DNA of 64,000 bases from a virus (IMGVR_UViG_2061766007_000586:224001-288000); one strand, 5' to 3'. Counted from the stretch's first letter, positions 1-7,579 are shown. The notes: generated by a model not told the origin, from the sequence alone. Numbers and translations are program-made.

Positions 1-374
1 ACTGAAATATCGATTAAATCTATTTTGAATTTCCTTGGTACAACATTACATCCTTTGTTATATATTAATCCGTGAAAGATGAAATTACTTTTATTAGTAA
101 TAAGATTTTTCGGAATGAAGAAATCAAAGTTTCCTATTTGTATTTCTTCTGAACGGCGTGGATCGATACAGAATTGAGGTGGATTAAGGAGATAAATGTC
201 ATATCTCTGTTTATCTATTGTGACTTGTACTCCAGCTACAAATGGAATATCAATTATCATGCCTAAAAACCCATCTTCATTGATATACTTTTGACACCAT
301 TTACTGATAGCATGAGCAGAAACATCAATGCATTTGATACGCGGATCATACATAATGATTTCAGGTTCAGTCAT
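1..374 (-). CDS. hypothetical protein, partial (runs off window start)
   Basis: ATG at 374 with AAGGAG SD and TATATTAC promoter at 416-423; frame open to position 1 (MTEPEIIMYDPRIKC...). Confidence 0.7.
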   Translation of the reverse strand, partial: MTEPEIIMYDPRIKCIDVSAHAISKWCQKYINEDGFLGMIIDIPFVAGVQVTIDKQRYDIYLLNPPQFCIDPRRSEEIQIGNFDFFIPKNLITNKSNFIFHGLIYNKGCNVVPRKFKIDLIDIS

Positions 375-415
375 AATTATTCTCCTTTAATTAATTATAG
401 GTTAGATCTGTTTGA

Positions 416-423
416 GTAATATA
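416..423 (-). promoter_or_regulatory. phiKZ-type early promoter core TATATTAC
   Basis: exact TATATTAC on - strand upstream of SD/ATG; motif recurs before many minus-strand genes. Confidence 0.7.
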
Positions 424-458
424 TACTTAACGATTGTATGAATTAATAAAATAAAATA

Positions 459-486
459 CAGGATCACCCGATAAAGGGTGATCCTG
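459..486 (-). terminator. intrinsic terminator
   Basis: 11-bp stem CAGGATCACCC/GGGTGATCCTG followed by T-rich run on - strand. Confidence 0.75.
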
Positions 487-499
487 CAATGATAACAAA

Positions 500-589
500 T
501 GGCGAAGAGAGTGGGATTCGAACCCACGGAGGATTTTACTCCTCGGCTGTTTAGTAGACAGCTCCCTTAAACCGCTCGGGCATCTCTTC
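500..589 (-). tRNA. tRNA-Ser(ACT)
   Basis: acceptor GAAGAGA/TCTCTTC, anticodon arm GCTGT-CTACTAA-ACAGC, long variable arm, TTCGAAT T-loop, G73, encoded CCA. Confidence 0.92.
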
Positions 590-597
590 GTTTTATA

Positions 598-1047
598 TTA
601 TTCAAACTCTTCTTTTAATTTAAGAAACAGTTGATATCTTTCATTTCTTTTTGCTTCACGTTCTCTTTCATCCTGAGCATCTGATATTTTCTTCCACATA
701 TCATCCCAATCACTTTTAGCTTCTGCTAATGATAGAAATAGATAGGAAGCAGGACATATAAGATATCTTGATACACCATTTTCTGAATCATAACCAGCTG
801 TGTATTCGATGTGAAGAATATTGTTATCATTTATATTAACTTTAACAAGTTCATCTACATAAGTACCTTCTAATTCGTGAATAAGATTTCTGAGTAATTG
901 ATCTGTCTCTTTCCAGGTATCAATTCTATCTTTACAGATAGCAATTTTATCTTCATAATGATCATACTTGGCCTGTGACATTCTCTCAACAATGATCCTA
1001 TTATATTCTGTAGGATCCATAAATCTATTTTTTTGTATGGTTCGCAT
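598..1047 (-). CDS. hypothetical protein
   Basis: 149-aa ORF between RNA elements. Confidence 0.7.
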   Translation of the reverse strand: MRTIQKNRFMDPTEYNRIIVERMSQAKYDHYEDKIAICKDRIDTWKETDQLLRNLIHELEGTYVDELVKVNINDNNILHIEYTAGYDSENGVSRYLICPASYLFLSLAEAKSDWDDMWKKISDAQDEREREAKRNERYQLFLKLKEEFE

Positions 1048-1090
1048 GACGTTTCTCTCTGCTATTATAGAAATTTAAGAAAAATAAAAA

Positions 1091-1157
1091 TCACAATAGA
1101 ATATGTATAGGGTGAGAAACCGAGTCGGTGGGGAAATCCATACATACTCTATTATGA
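1091..1157 (-). ncRNA. stem-closed small RNA candidate
   Basis: 18-bp closing stem TCATAATAGAGTATGTAT/ATACATATTCTATTGTGA with G-U pairs on - strand. Confidence 0.4.
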
Positions 1158-1280
1158 AAAATCTTCACAAAGTTGCGCTTAATCTTCTCAATATATTTCC
1201 CTCATATTAGAGAAGTAGAGGCGTAGTGAAGTACCCATTAGGTATAGTATTATACTACATGCACAAAAATAAAATAAGTA

Positions 1281-1311
1281 CTTACTCCGACCCACTAGGA
1301 GTCGGAGTAAG
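1281..1311 (-). terminator. intrinsic terminator after tRNA-Ala
   Basis: 11-bp stem CTTACTCCGAC/GTCGGAGTAAG followed by T-rich run on - strand. Confidence 0.65.
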
Positions 1312-1326
1312 CTGAGGGAGGGGGAA

Positions 1327-1403
1327 TGGTGGACCGTACCAGACTCGAACTGGTGACATCCTGCTTGCAAAGCAGGTGCTCTAGCCAACTGAGCTAACGG
1401 CCC
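1327..1403 (-). tRNA. tRNA-Ala(TGC)
   Basis: cloverleaf, loop TTTGCAA, G3:U70, CCA. Confidence 0.97.
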
Positions 1404-1410
1404 ATAAGGG

Positions 1411-1658
1411 TTTCAGGTCTTAAAGACCAACATCTAAGTCTATAACCCTGACTTAGCATGCGCATGTTTGGCGCAGCGTTGCGACCAATGTCCGGCACGA
1501 CAGTTGGGGTCTGACGCACCTGTAAGATCCGTATTACTTGATAGGAAATCCCCATACGGCACTGAGACACGTAGTAGCTGTGCACTAATCAGCTAACAGA
1601 ACCTATCATGTGCTGACCAACTTTACGTTCGTTTCTACATGATCGTTAAGGCCTGAAA
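1411..1658. ncRNA. ~250-nt multibranch structured RNA candidate
   Basis: 13-bp terminal stem TTTCAGGTCTTAA/TTAAGGCCTGAAA enclosing at least 5 hairpins; GC-rich; fills the gap between two tRNAs. Confidence 0.55.
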
Positions 1659-1659
1659 A

Positions 1660-1734
1660 TGGAGCGCGTAAAGGGAATCGAACCCTTATCATCTGAGTGG
1701 AAGTCAGAAACTCTAGCCGTTGAGCTACACGCGC
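1660..1734 (-). tRNA. tRNA-Gly(TCC)
   Basis: cloverleaf, loop CTTCCAC, U73, CCA. Confidence 0.96.
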
Positions 1735-1748
1735 TTAACAAAATAAAA

Positions 1749-2000
1749 TGGATACAAATAGTCACCAAGATTGCGACCCCTGAACATGAGAGGGACGAGT
1801 CTTAGGAGCTCTCGAGCCTCGCATACTTGTGACGTTTAGTACCTTACCTTGACACTTTCTTCTTCAGCAGGTACTTGGTGATAATGGCGGCTGTTCTGGT
1901 ACGAACCCTAACCTTCTTGTGTAGCGTATTCAGTAATAGCAAGAACACATTACCCTGTCTCAATGAGACACTACATCCGTCTTTTTACTACTTGTATCCA
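1749..2000 (-). ncRNA. ~250-nt structured RNA candidate (paralog of 2190-2437)
   Basis: 14-bp terminal stem TGGATACAAGTAGT/ACTATTTGTATCCA with G-U on - strand; sequence blocks shared with 2190-2437. Confidence 0.6.
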
Positions 2001-2007
2001 AAAATGA

Positions 2008-2079
2008 TAGCGGGGAGGAGAATTGAACTCCTACATTTGGGTTATGAACCCAACCAGCCTTCCGTGGCTGTACCCCGCG
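2008..2079 (-). tRNA. initiator tRNA-fMet(CAT)
   Basis: C1:U72 mismatch, A11:U24, GGG/CCC anticodon stem, loop TTCATAA; followed by TCA rather than CCA. Confidence 0.9.
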
Positions 2080-2092
2080 ATAATATCAAAAA

Positions 2093-2181
2093 TCTCATTA
2101 GGCAAATGATGCCTGCATCAAAACTAACAAACCAATTAATAATTAATAAGTTTAAGTGAATTTTGAAATTGCCTAATGAGA
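2093..2181. ncRNA. stem-closed small RNA candidate
   Basis: perfect 13-bp terminal stem TCTCATTAGGCAA/TTGCCTAATGAGA. Confidence 0.45.
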
Positions 2182-2189
2182 AAGTAAAA

Positions 2190-2437
2190 TGGAAATTAAT
2201 TAGCTAGCATGATTTCGACTGTACGGGAAGGACTGAAGCCTTAGGAGGGTGGTAATACGTCAGTCCAATTCAAAAGTGAACATTTATCACGCATACCTTG
2301 ATCACTTTCTAACCTTTCCGAGCTCTATACGTCTCGCAGTACATACTAGTAAGAGTTTCGCCAGTACGTGAACTCTTGAAACCCCGTCTACAAGTTACCA
2401 CCTTGTAGTTACCTTTCTTTTTACTAACTAACTTCCA
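2190..2437 (-). ncRNA. ~250-nt structured RNA candidate (paralog of 1749-2000)
   Basis: 14-bp terminal stem TGGAAGTTAGTTAG/CTAATTAATTTCCA with G-U pairs on - strand; internal hairpins. Confidence 0.6.
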
Positions 2438-2447
2438 AAATAGGAAA

Positions 2448-2551
2448 TACCTGATGAGTAAAACATGATTAGGTGTGTGGACCTTTTATTCAACCCCATC
2501 TTTGTTAAAAATGGTTAATGTTTTTTCTAATCACACTCTACTCATCAAGTA
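2448..2551 (-). ncRNA. stem-closed small RNA candidate
   Basis: 25-bp terminal stem with several G-U pairs on - strand. Confidence 0.5.
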
Positions 2552-2560
2552 CAAAATGAA

Positions 2561-2624
2561 ATCTAGTTCATAACTTCGACTTCTTTGTACCATCTATATG
2601 GCGGTCTAATAATATAAACTAGAT
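2561..2624. ncRNA. stem-closed small RNA candidate
   Basis: terminal stem ATCTAGTT/AACTAGAT flanked by A-rich linkers. Confidence 0.35.
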
Positions 2625-2633
2625 AAAATAAAA

Positions 2634-2710
2634 TCAACCAGATAGCCATACAACTTAACCCTTTAACACATAAACAATTGTTTTTGTGAAATTTTTTACT
2701 ATCTGGTTGA
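2634..2710. ncRNA. stem-closed small RNA candidate
   Basis: perfect 12-bp terminal stem TCAACCAGATAG/CTATCTGGTTGA. Confidence 0.45.
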
Positions 2711-2713
2711 AAA

Positions 2714-2783
2714 TGGAGCAGGACCTACCAGGCAGCGTATGCATCGCTAAAGAGTCTCCTCTATAACGCCCAATGTGTCCTGC
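2714..2783 (-). ncRNA. 70-nt RNA with tRNA-type acceptor stem and CCA but no cloverleaf
   Basis: GCAGGAC/GTCCTGC + T + CCA; two internal hairpins. Confidence 0.5.
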
Positions 2784-2791
2784 ATGACAAT

Positions 2792-2869
2792 TGGTCGGGG
2801 CAACAGGATTCGAACCTGCGACATCTTGCTCCCAAAGCAAGCACTCTAGCCAGACTGAGTTATACCCCG
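2792..2869 (-). tRNA. tRNA-Pro(TGG)
   Basis: cloverleaf, loop TTTGGGA, CCA. Confidence 0.97.
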
Positions 2870-2885
2870 ATAAAATTCTTAAAAA

Positions 2886-3102
2886 GCACAGAAGAGGATA
2901 GTAAGCTAGCTACCATTCTGTGCCAAGGAGGACTCACCTTCCTCCAGGATTACGACTACGCGGGATTATTCGTAGAAACGTCTACCTTCTAATCTTGATA
3001 ATTTTAGCATCAAGCAACTTCAGTAGCAAGTTAACCTCATACTAGTGTTGTCCTTCTTAGGGCAAGTCGCATCAACACATGAGCTTTTAACTCGATGAGG
3101 TT
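2886..3102. ncRNA. hairpin-dense non-coding element
   Basis: successive stems GCACAGAA/TTCTGTGC, GGAGGA/TCCTCC, CAGGATTA/TAATCTTG, AACCTCAT/ATGAGGTT. Confidence 0.45.
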
Positions 3103-3107
3103 TAAAT

Positions 3108-3183
3108 TGGGTTGGATGATGGGGCTCGAACCCACAACATGCTGAGCCACAGTCAGCCGCTCTACCATTGAGCTACATCCAAC
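3108..3183 (-). tRNA. tRNA-His(GTG)
   Basis: G-1:C73, loop CTGTGGC, CCA. Confidence 0.97.
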
Positions 3184-3188
3184 ATAAA

Positions 3189-3590
3189 TTAATCATCTAG
3201 AAAATCAGGATTATTTTTAATGAATTCTTCATAACCCTGTTCTATAGATTCTTTTTTCTTTTGATCATGTTCACATATTTCAGCTTTTTCTGAACATATG
3301 AAAAAACCACAATTACGTGAACGTATTGTGTCCCAAGCGATTCTTTCTCTTAGCAAATTTGGATTCTTTGCCATTTGTGTTTGGATAGCGAGATTCACTG
3401 CACTACAATCGCCTTTTGGTAAAATTACCAAATTGCTTGCGTCACGATTCCAATCGTTACCATCCACGCGAAATGTATTGTCTCGCCCTTTTACATAAGC
3501 ACCTGTGGCAAGTGCTTCTTTCGGAACATGCTTATTGGCACGTTTCCCATTAAAAGCATTCGCTGGTTTCTTATTCGGTTTGGTAGACAT
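3189..3590 (-). CDS. hypothetical protein
   Basis: 133-aa ORF with AAGGA SD. Confidence 0.7.
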   Translation of the reverse strand: MSTKPNKKPANAFNGKRANKHVPKEALATGAYVKGRDNTFRVDGNDWNRDASNLVILPKGDCSAVNLAIQTQMAKNPNLLRERIAWDTIRSRNCGFFICSEKAEICEHDQKKKESIEQGYEEFIKNNPDFLDD

Positions 3591-3627
3591 AAAGTGATTT
3601 CCTTATTTCAAAAACGGTTATAGAATT

Positions 3628-4206
3628 TTATTTTTTAATTTGAACCCAACTAAAATCTAGATATGTTTTAATTGGTGGTTTTTTGAAATATTCGTCAACA
3701 GCTTTTTTAACACCAAAGACACGTTCAAAACATTTGGCGTTTATGTGTGGATCATTTGGATCAACGTAATCATGTCCTGAGATAATTCCACCAGGTTTTA
3801 CTTTAGGAACATAATTGTTAAGATCACGCTTTGCTGCTTCGTATCTATGATCTCCATCGATATAAATAAAATCAATAGAGTTATCTTCAAATCTGTCTAC
3901 AACTTCTTCAGAGTGTGCTTTTACTTTTTTAATAATGGGGTTCATAAAGTGCTTATAATCAAAAAAGATTTCAGCATATACGATACTGCTATAAGCACAG
4001 CAATCTTTTGGATCATAACCCATTTGCCAAGGATCAATGCAATAAAGTGTTTTAAAAGCGCCACTCTTAACAAACATGCTTGTACTCTCACCAGCATAAG
4101 AACCTATTTCTATACCAATGAGATCTTTCTTTCCTTTTAGATATTCATCTACAAAATCTTGTAGATGACTCATACCTGCTTCACGTTGTGGATATATTAA
4201 ATCCAT
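3628..4206 (-). CDS. class I SAM-dependent methyltransferase (Methyltransf_24-like)
   Basis: EIGSYAGES, IDPW, IYIDGDH, KPGGIISGHDY motifs. Confidence 0.88.
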   Translation of the reverse strand: MDLIYPQREAGMSHLQDFVDEYLKGKKDLIGIEIGSYAGESTSMFVKSGAFKTLYCIDPWQMGYDPKDCCAYSSIVYAEIFFDYKHFMNPIIKKVKAHSEEVVDRFEDNSIDFIYIDGDHRYEAAKRDLNNYVPKVKPGGIISGHDYVDPNDPHINAKCFERVFGVKKAVDEYFKKPPIKTYLDFSWVQIKK

Positions 4207-4226
4207 ATTACTTCTCCTTATTAAAA

Positions 4227-4359
4227 GACCAAAGGTGTGTTTCTACACCAAAAGTTTTCAGGCATGGACTACCATGCTTACTCGATTCGCACAAATCTAC
4301 TCGAGTCATCCAACTACTCCTTAGCTGATGGCTACTTCTAAGCCAACAGTCCTTCAGTC
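4227..4359 (-). ncRNA. mimic of 23S rRNA H43-H44 (L11-binding GTPase-associated centre)
   Basis: TGTTGGCTTAGAAGTAGCCATCA...GTGTAGAAACACAC matches 23S UGUUGGCUUAGAAGCAGCCAUCA...GCGUAAUAGCUCAC; closing stem GACTGAAGG/CCTTTGGTC. Confidence 0.8.
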
Positions 4360-4364
4360 AACAA

Positions 4365-4456
4365 TGGCGGTGAAGGTGGGATTCGAACCCACGGACAGTC
4401 TCTCAACCGTCGCTGCTTTTCAAGAACAGAGCCATAGACCTCTCGACCACTTCACC
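4365..4456 (-). tRNA. tRNA-Ser(TGA)
   Basis: long variable arm, loop CTTGAAA, G73, CCA. Confidence 0.96.
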
Positions 4457-4460
4457 AAAA

Positions 4461-4934
4461 TTATTTATATTTTACATGATGACCATGTATAGATTTTCGT
4501 TCACCACGTGCTACTCGTTCAACACATACAGGAATTAATCCGTAATAACTTGCAAAGTCAGTAGCACTTTCAAATTCTTTTCCTGTATCAAGATCAATAA
4601 CAGGTTTAGAAAAATGATTTTCCTTTCCGTGTTTTCCGTAAAAAGGATTTTTCTCACCTTTTCGAGTTTCTTTTAATTCTTTATTTGATTTTTTAGTATG
4701 ACAACTATGGCAGAGTAATTGACATTTTTGCAATTCTGTTTCAGTTTCTTGTTTTGATCTATTTAGCAGATCACTAATATTAAATCTTTTTTCTACAGAA
4801 TTGATGTGATCAAATTCTAAATGTTCTGTTGATCCGCATTTGACACATTTTCCACCAAGTTTTGAAAGTAATTCATTTCTTCGTTTGTGATAATATTTTC
4901 TACTATAGTTTCGATGATAATCACGATTCATCAT
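4461..4934 (-). CDS. HNH homing endonuclease with NUMOD-like C-terminal DNA-binding motifs
   Basis: CxxC...LEFDH...CQLLCHSCH; GEKNPFYGKH; DTGKEFESA; own TATATTAC promoter at 4972-4979. Confidence 0.88.
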   Translation of the reverse strand: MMNRDYHRNYSRKYYHKRRNELLSKLGGKCVKCGSTEHLEFDHINSVEKRFNISDLLNRSKQETETELQKCQLLCHSCHTKKSNKELKETRKGEKNPFYGKHGKENHFSKPVIDLDTGKEFESATDFASYYGLIPVCVERVARGERKSIHGHHVKYK

Positions 4935-5026
4935 AATACTACTCCTTTGTTTGAGTGTATAAACTATAATAGTAATATATGTTCAAAAAGAAAATGGTAA
5001 TACTTTACCATTCTCTTATCAAAAAA

Positions 5027-5101
5027 TGGCATTCCGACAGGGAATCGAACCCTGATTAATAGACTGAAAATCTACTGTCCTAACCGTTAGACGACCGGAA
5101 C
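5027..5101 (-). tRNA. tRNA-Glu(TTC)
   Basis: cloverleaf, loop TTTTCAG, CCA. Confidence 0.95.
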
Positions 5102-5105
5102 ATCA

Positions 5106-5615
5106 TCATGATTTATTTAACTTAATGATTTTTTCTATGATGCTGGTGGTACTATAACCTTCTTTAAAATCAAGAATTTTAATTTCACACTTAACGGTGT
5201 CCAGTGCGTTCTTTTCTTCTTGATTTAATCCAGCTATATAATCTCCACCTTTTACATAAAAATCTGGATGAAGTTGAAGAATTTCATTTTCACATGTAGG
5301 GGAATCAAAAATAACAACGTGATACACACATGTGAGACTTGCAAGAGCATAAGCTCTATCTTGCTCATTATTGATAGGTCGGTGATCACCTTTTAAAGCT
5401 TTAACCGATTTATCACTATTGAGTAAGACAAATAATTTTCCGAACTTAGCAGCATTGTTGAGAAATTCTAGATGTCCACGATGGAGAATGTCAAAACATC
5501 CATTTGTTAGAACAACTGGAATATTGTCAAAATGAAGACATTCTCGTTCAATGATTGCTCCATCAAGATCAGTAATTGCACCTTTAATGTAATGATCTAG
5601 AATATTATCTGACAT
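5106..5615 (-). CDS. RfaE/HldE domain II-like heptose-1-phosphate adenylyltransferase (cytidylyltransferase family)
   Basis: TNGCFDILHRGH, LNSDKSVKALKG..RPI, KGGDY, GYSTTSII; likely start 5615 because 5642 lies inside the upstream terminator. Confidence 0.88.
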   Translation of the reverse strand: MSDNILDHYIKGAITDLDGAIIERECLHFDNIPVVLTNGCFDILHRGHLEFLNNAAKFGKLFVLLNSDKSVKALKGDHRPINNEQDRAYALASLTCVYHVVIFDSPTCENEILQLHPDFYVKGGDYIAGLNQEEKNALDTVKCEIKILDFKEGYSTTSIIEKIIKLNKS

Positions 5616-5636
5616 AATAGACCTTGAAATAAAAGA

Positions 5637-5668
5637 ATACACTGCATGGGTTTTACCATGCAGTGTAT
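5637..5668 (-). terminator. intrinsic terminator after DUF2828 gene
   Basis: 13-bp stem ATACACTGCATGG/CCATGCAGTGTAT followed by T-rich tail. Confidence 0.75.
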
Positions 5669-5678
5669 AGAATAACGG

Positions 5679-7160
5679 TTAACCAACCGTGATCTTTGCA
5701 TAACGTTCTGCGTTCAGAACGTTAAGCATCATCTCGATTGGCGTATCGGTGATGGCTCTCATCACATTCTTGAAGGATGAAACGGCTTGGCCCGAGCAGC
5801 AGATAGCACCCTTCCTGTCTTTATCGACGTGGAAGGTATCGTGCCTTGACTCTACGTTCCAGAATACGATACCAGGAATCTGGTATCCTTCTTCTTCGAA
5901 ACGTTTCTTGAGAGAATCATAGAACACCCAGTCAGTGTAGCGAGTACCTTCATCGATTTCCATATCGGAAATGATGATGATAGCCTTCGGCATATCTTCT
6001 GGAGCAACATGATGCTCTGTTGCGATCTTGAGAATCTTCTCAAACGCAGCTTCCAGATTTGTCGAACCACCCCAATCATTAGTATTGATACTTTGGAGTT
6101 TCTGAGCGAGCGTCTGACCCTTCAGGTGATGAAGAGTACAGTTCGAAGAGAACGACATCCACAGGTCCTTATAAGGACCTACGTTACGTTCGGCAAAGTA
6201 AATTGCCAAACCAACTGCAGATGCCATAGGACGACCAGCCATACTTCCCGAAGTATCGGCGATTACGATTGCAGACGAATTGCCTACAACGTAGTTCGGA
6301 AGGGACTTCCACTGACCTTCGACGATAGGATCTTCTTCGAAAGTGACCCCATTCCAATCCCATCTTCTTCCTATGTACTTTTCCACAAGATTGTACGGAT
6401 ACAGAGTACCAGCATTGATCTTGGCAGTACCGGCTGTGAGATTCTTGAGATAATCGAAGAAACGATCTCCATCGTGTTTCGGAAATGCCATCTTGTAGCG
6501 AAGCATGGCATGACTCGGAACAGCTTCGTAGTTGATTTCGTTCCAAGTACCATTCGACATGTGTGTTTCCACAATGTTGATGTACTTCCTCAAGCCACGA
6601 AGAAGACGCTTGAACATGCGTACTTCCATTCCGAACTTCAGGGCAGTCATGATGCCAAGTTTACGGGTCTCTTTGGAAGATCCGTCTGGAGTTTTAATCC
6701 ACTTGGCAAGAAGACTTACCGGCTTGTTCTGTCCCATGGCTTCAAGATCAGCCACGAACTGCTTCTTCATCGAAACCCACATATCGTCCTCTAAAGGAGT
6801 TCCGATCAGTGTGTATAAGTCGTCATAACGACCATACTCACCAATCAGATCGATATTGGGTCTGATACATTCCGGGTAGTGCTGGGCAGCATACTTCAGA
6901 ATCTGACGGAATGATTTCCTCTCACCGAGGCCTTCTCTTACATCACGACTGTAAAAGAGGCATCTCGTGGCGAGAAGTTTGTCCTCTGCATAGGCGTCAG
7001 AGAACAGACGTTCGATGCGGGTCTGCTCCGTGTTACGAAGAGCACCGCAGACACTGAAAAAGTCCAGAACTTTACTACCTGTCGTGTTAAGACAGGTAGC
7101 TCCATTTTCGGTGCGAGAGTGGGTTGCTTCCTTTGCGAAAGCGTTTGCAAATGTTGTCAT
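5679..7160 (-). CDS. DUF2828-family Ro60/TROVE-like protein with vWA (MIDAS) domain
   Basis: TENGA, RDVREGLGER, LLAKW; MIDAS DTSGSM...GGSTN...ISDME; FWNV; start 7160 with GAAAGGAG SD. Confidence 0.85.
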   Translation of the reverse strand: MTTFANAFAKEATHSRTENGATCLNTTGSKVLDFFSVCGALRNTEQTRIERLFSDAYAEDKLLATRCLFYSRDVREGLGERKSFRQILKYAAQHYPECIRPNIDLIGEYGRYDDLYTLIGTPLEDDMWVSMKKQFVADLEAMGQNKPVSLLAKWIKTPDGSSKETRKLGIMTALKFGMEVRMFKRLLRGLRKYINIVETHMSNGTWNEINYEAVPSHAMLRYKMAFPKHDGDRFFDYLKNLTAGTAKINAGTLYPYNLVEKYIGRRWDWNGVTFEEDPIVEGQWKSLPNYVVGNSSAIVIADTSGSMAGRPMASAVGLAIYFAERNVGPYKDLWMSFSSNCTLHHLKGQTLAQKLQSINTNDWGGSTNLEAAFEKILKIATEHHVAPEDMPKAIIIISDMEIDEGTRYTDWVFYDSLKKRFEEEGYQIPGIVFWNVESRHDTFHVDKDRKGAICCSGQAVSSFKNVMRAITDTPIEMMLNVLNAERYAKITVG

Positions 7161-7174
7161 AATAAAGCTCCTTT

Positions 7175-7235
7175 CATGACACGTTAAATGCATAAATTTG
7201 CAGTTTATGAAATTGGGTTTGCTGTTAGCGTCACA
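7175..7235 (-). ncRNA. CAGCAA-motif hairpin A, abutting the SD of the DUF2828 gene
   Basis: TGTGACGC-TAACAGCAA...GTGTCATG; inner CATAAA-CTGCAAA-TTTATG. Confidence 0.6.
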
Positions 7236-7244
7236 TTCACTAAA

Positions 7245-7301
7245 CAGGACACGGAATAATAACTAAAAAGTAATTATTTGATTGATTTGCTGGATGTGCC
7301 C
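7245..7301 (-). ncRNA. CAGCAA-motif hairpin B
   Basis: GGGCAC-ATCCAGCAA...GTGTCCTG. Confidence 0.6.
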
Positions 7302-7327
7302 CAATGGTGATAAAGGATCTAAAGAAA

Positions 7328-7579
7328 TAGAAAGAGTAGGATTGGATACCTACATTTCAGCTTGAGGATTGCTTTTTGTTCGAAGTTGCAATCTTACTTC
7401 ACCTAGTTAATCTTCTTGGCGATGGCGCAATACTTACTTTCGCGTAAGCATGCAGTTACACTAGAATTTAATAATAGATAAAGTTTTGTTTGCTGTAAAT
7501 GCCACATACATGACATTCTTCCAAACTTTGTTCTAGTTGATTTACATCTCTATAAATCAACTTATTGAACTATCTTTCT
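7328..7579 (-). ncRNA. expanded tRNA-like RNA 3 (~250 nt)
   Basis: AGAAAGA/TCTTTCT acceptor; TA-GTTC...GAAC D-stem with extra hairpin; GTAGG/CCTAC T-stem; permuted CAGCAA hairpin. Confidence 0.7.

Noticed and set aside
1188-2840. Short ORFs 1188-1388, 1394-1585, 1875-2159, 2655-2840
   Set aside because: Overlap tRNAs or structured RNAs; no SD
1091-3102. CRISPR array or MITEs
   Set aside because: No direct repeats; terminal inverted repeats differ between units and no target-site duplications were seen
4227-4359. rRNA gene or host contamination
   Set aside because: Only ~50 nt match, with an insertion and its own closing stem, in a phage context
6009-6794. 261-aa + strand ORF and other nested ORFs
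   Set aside because: Antisense or out of frame within the DUF2828 gene
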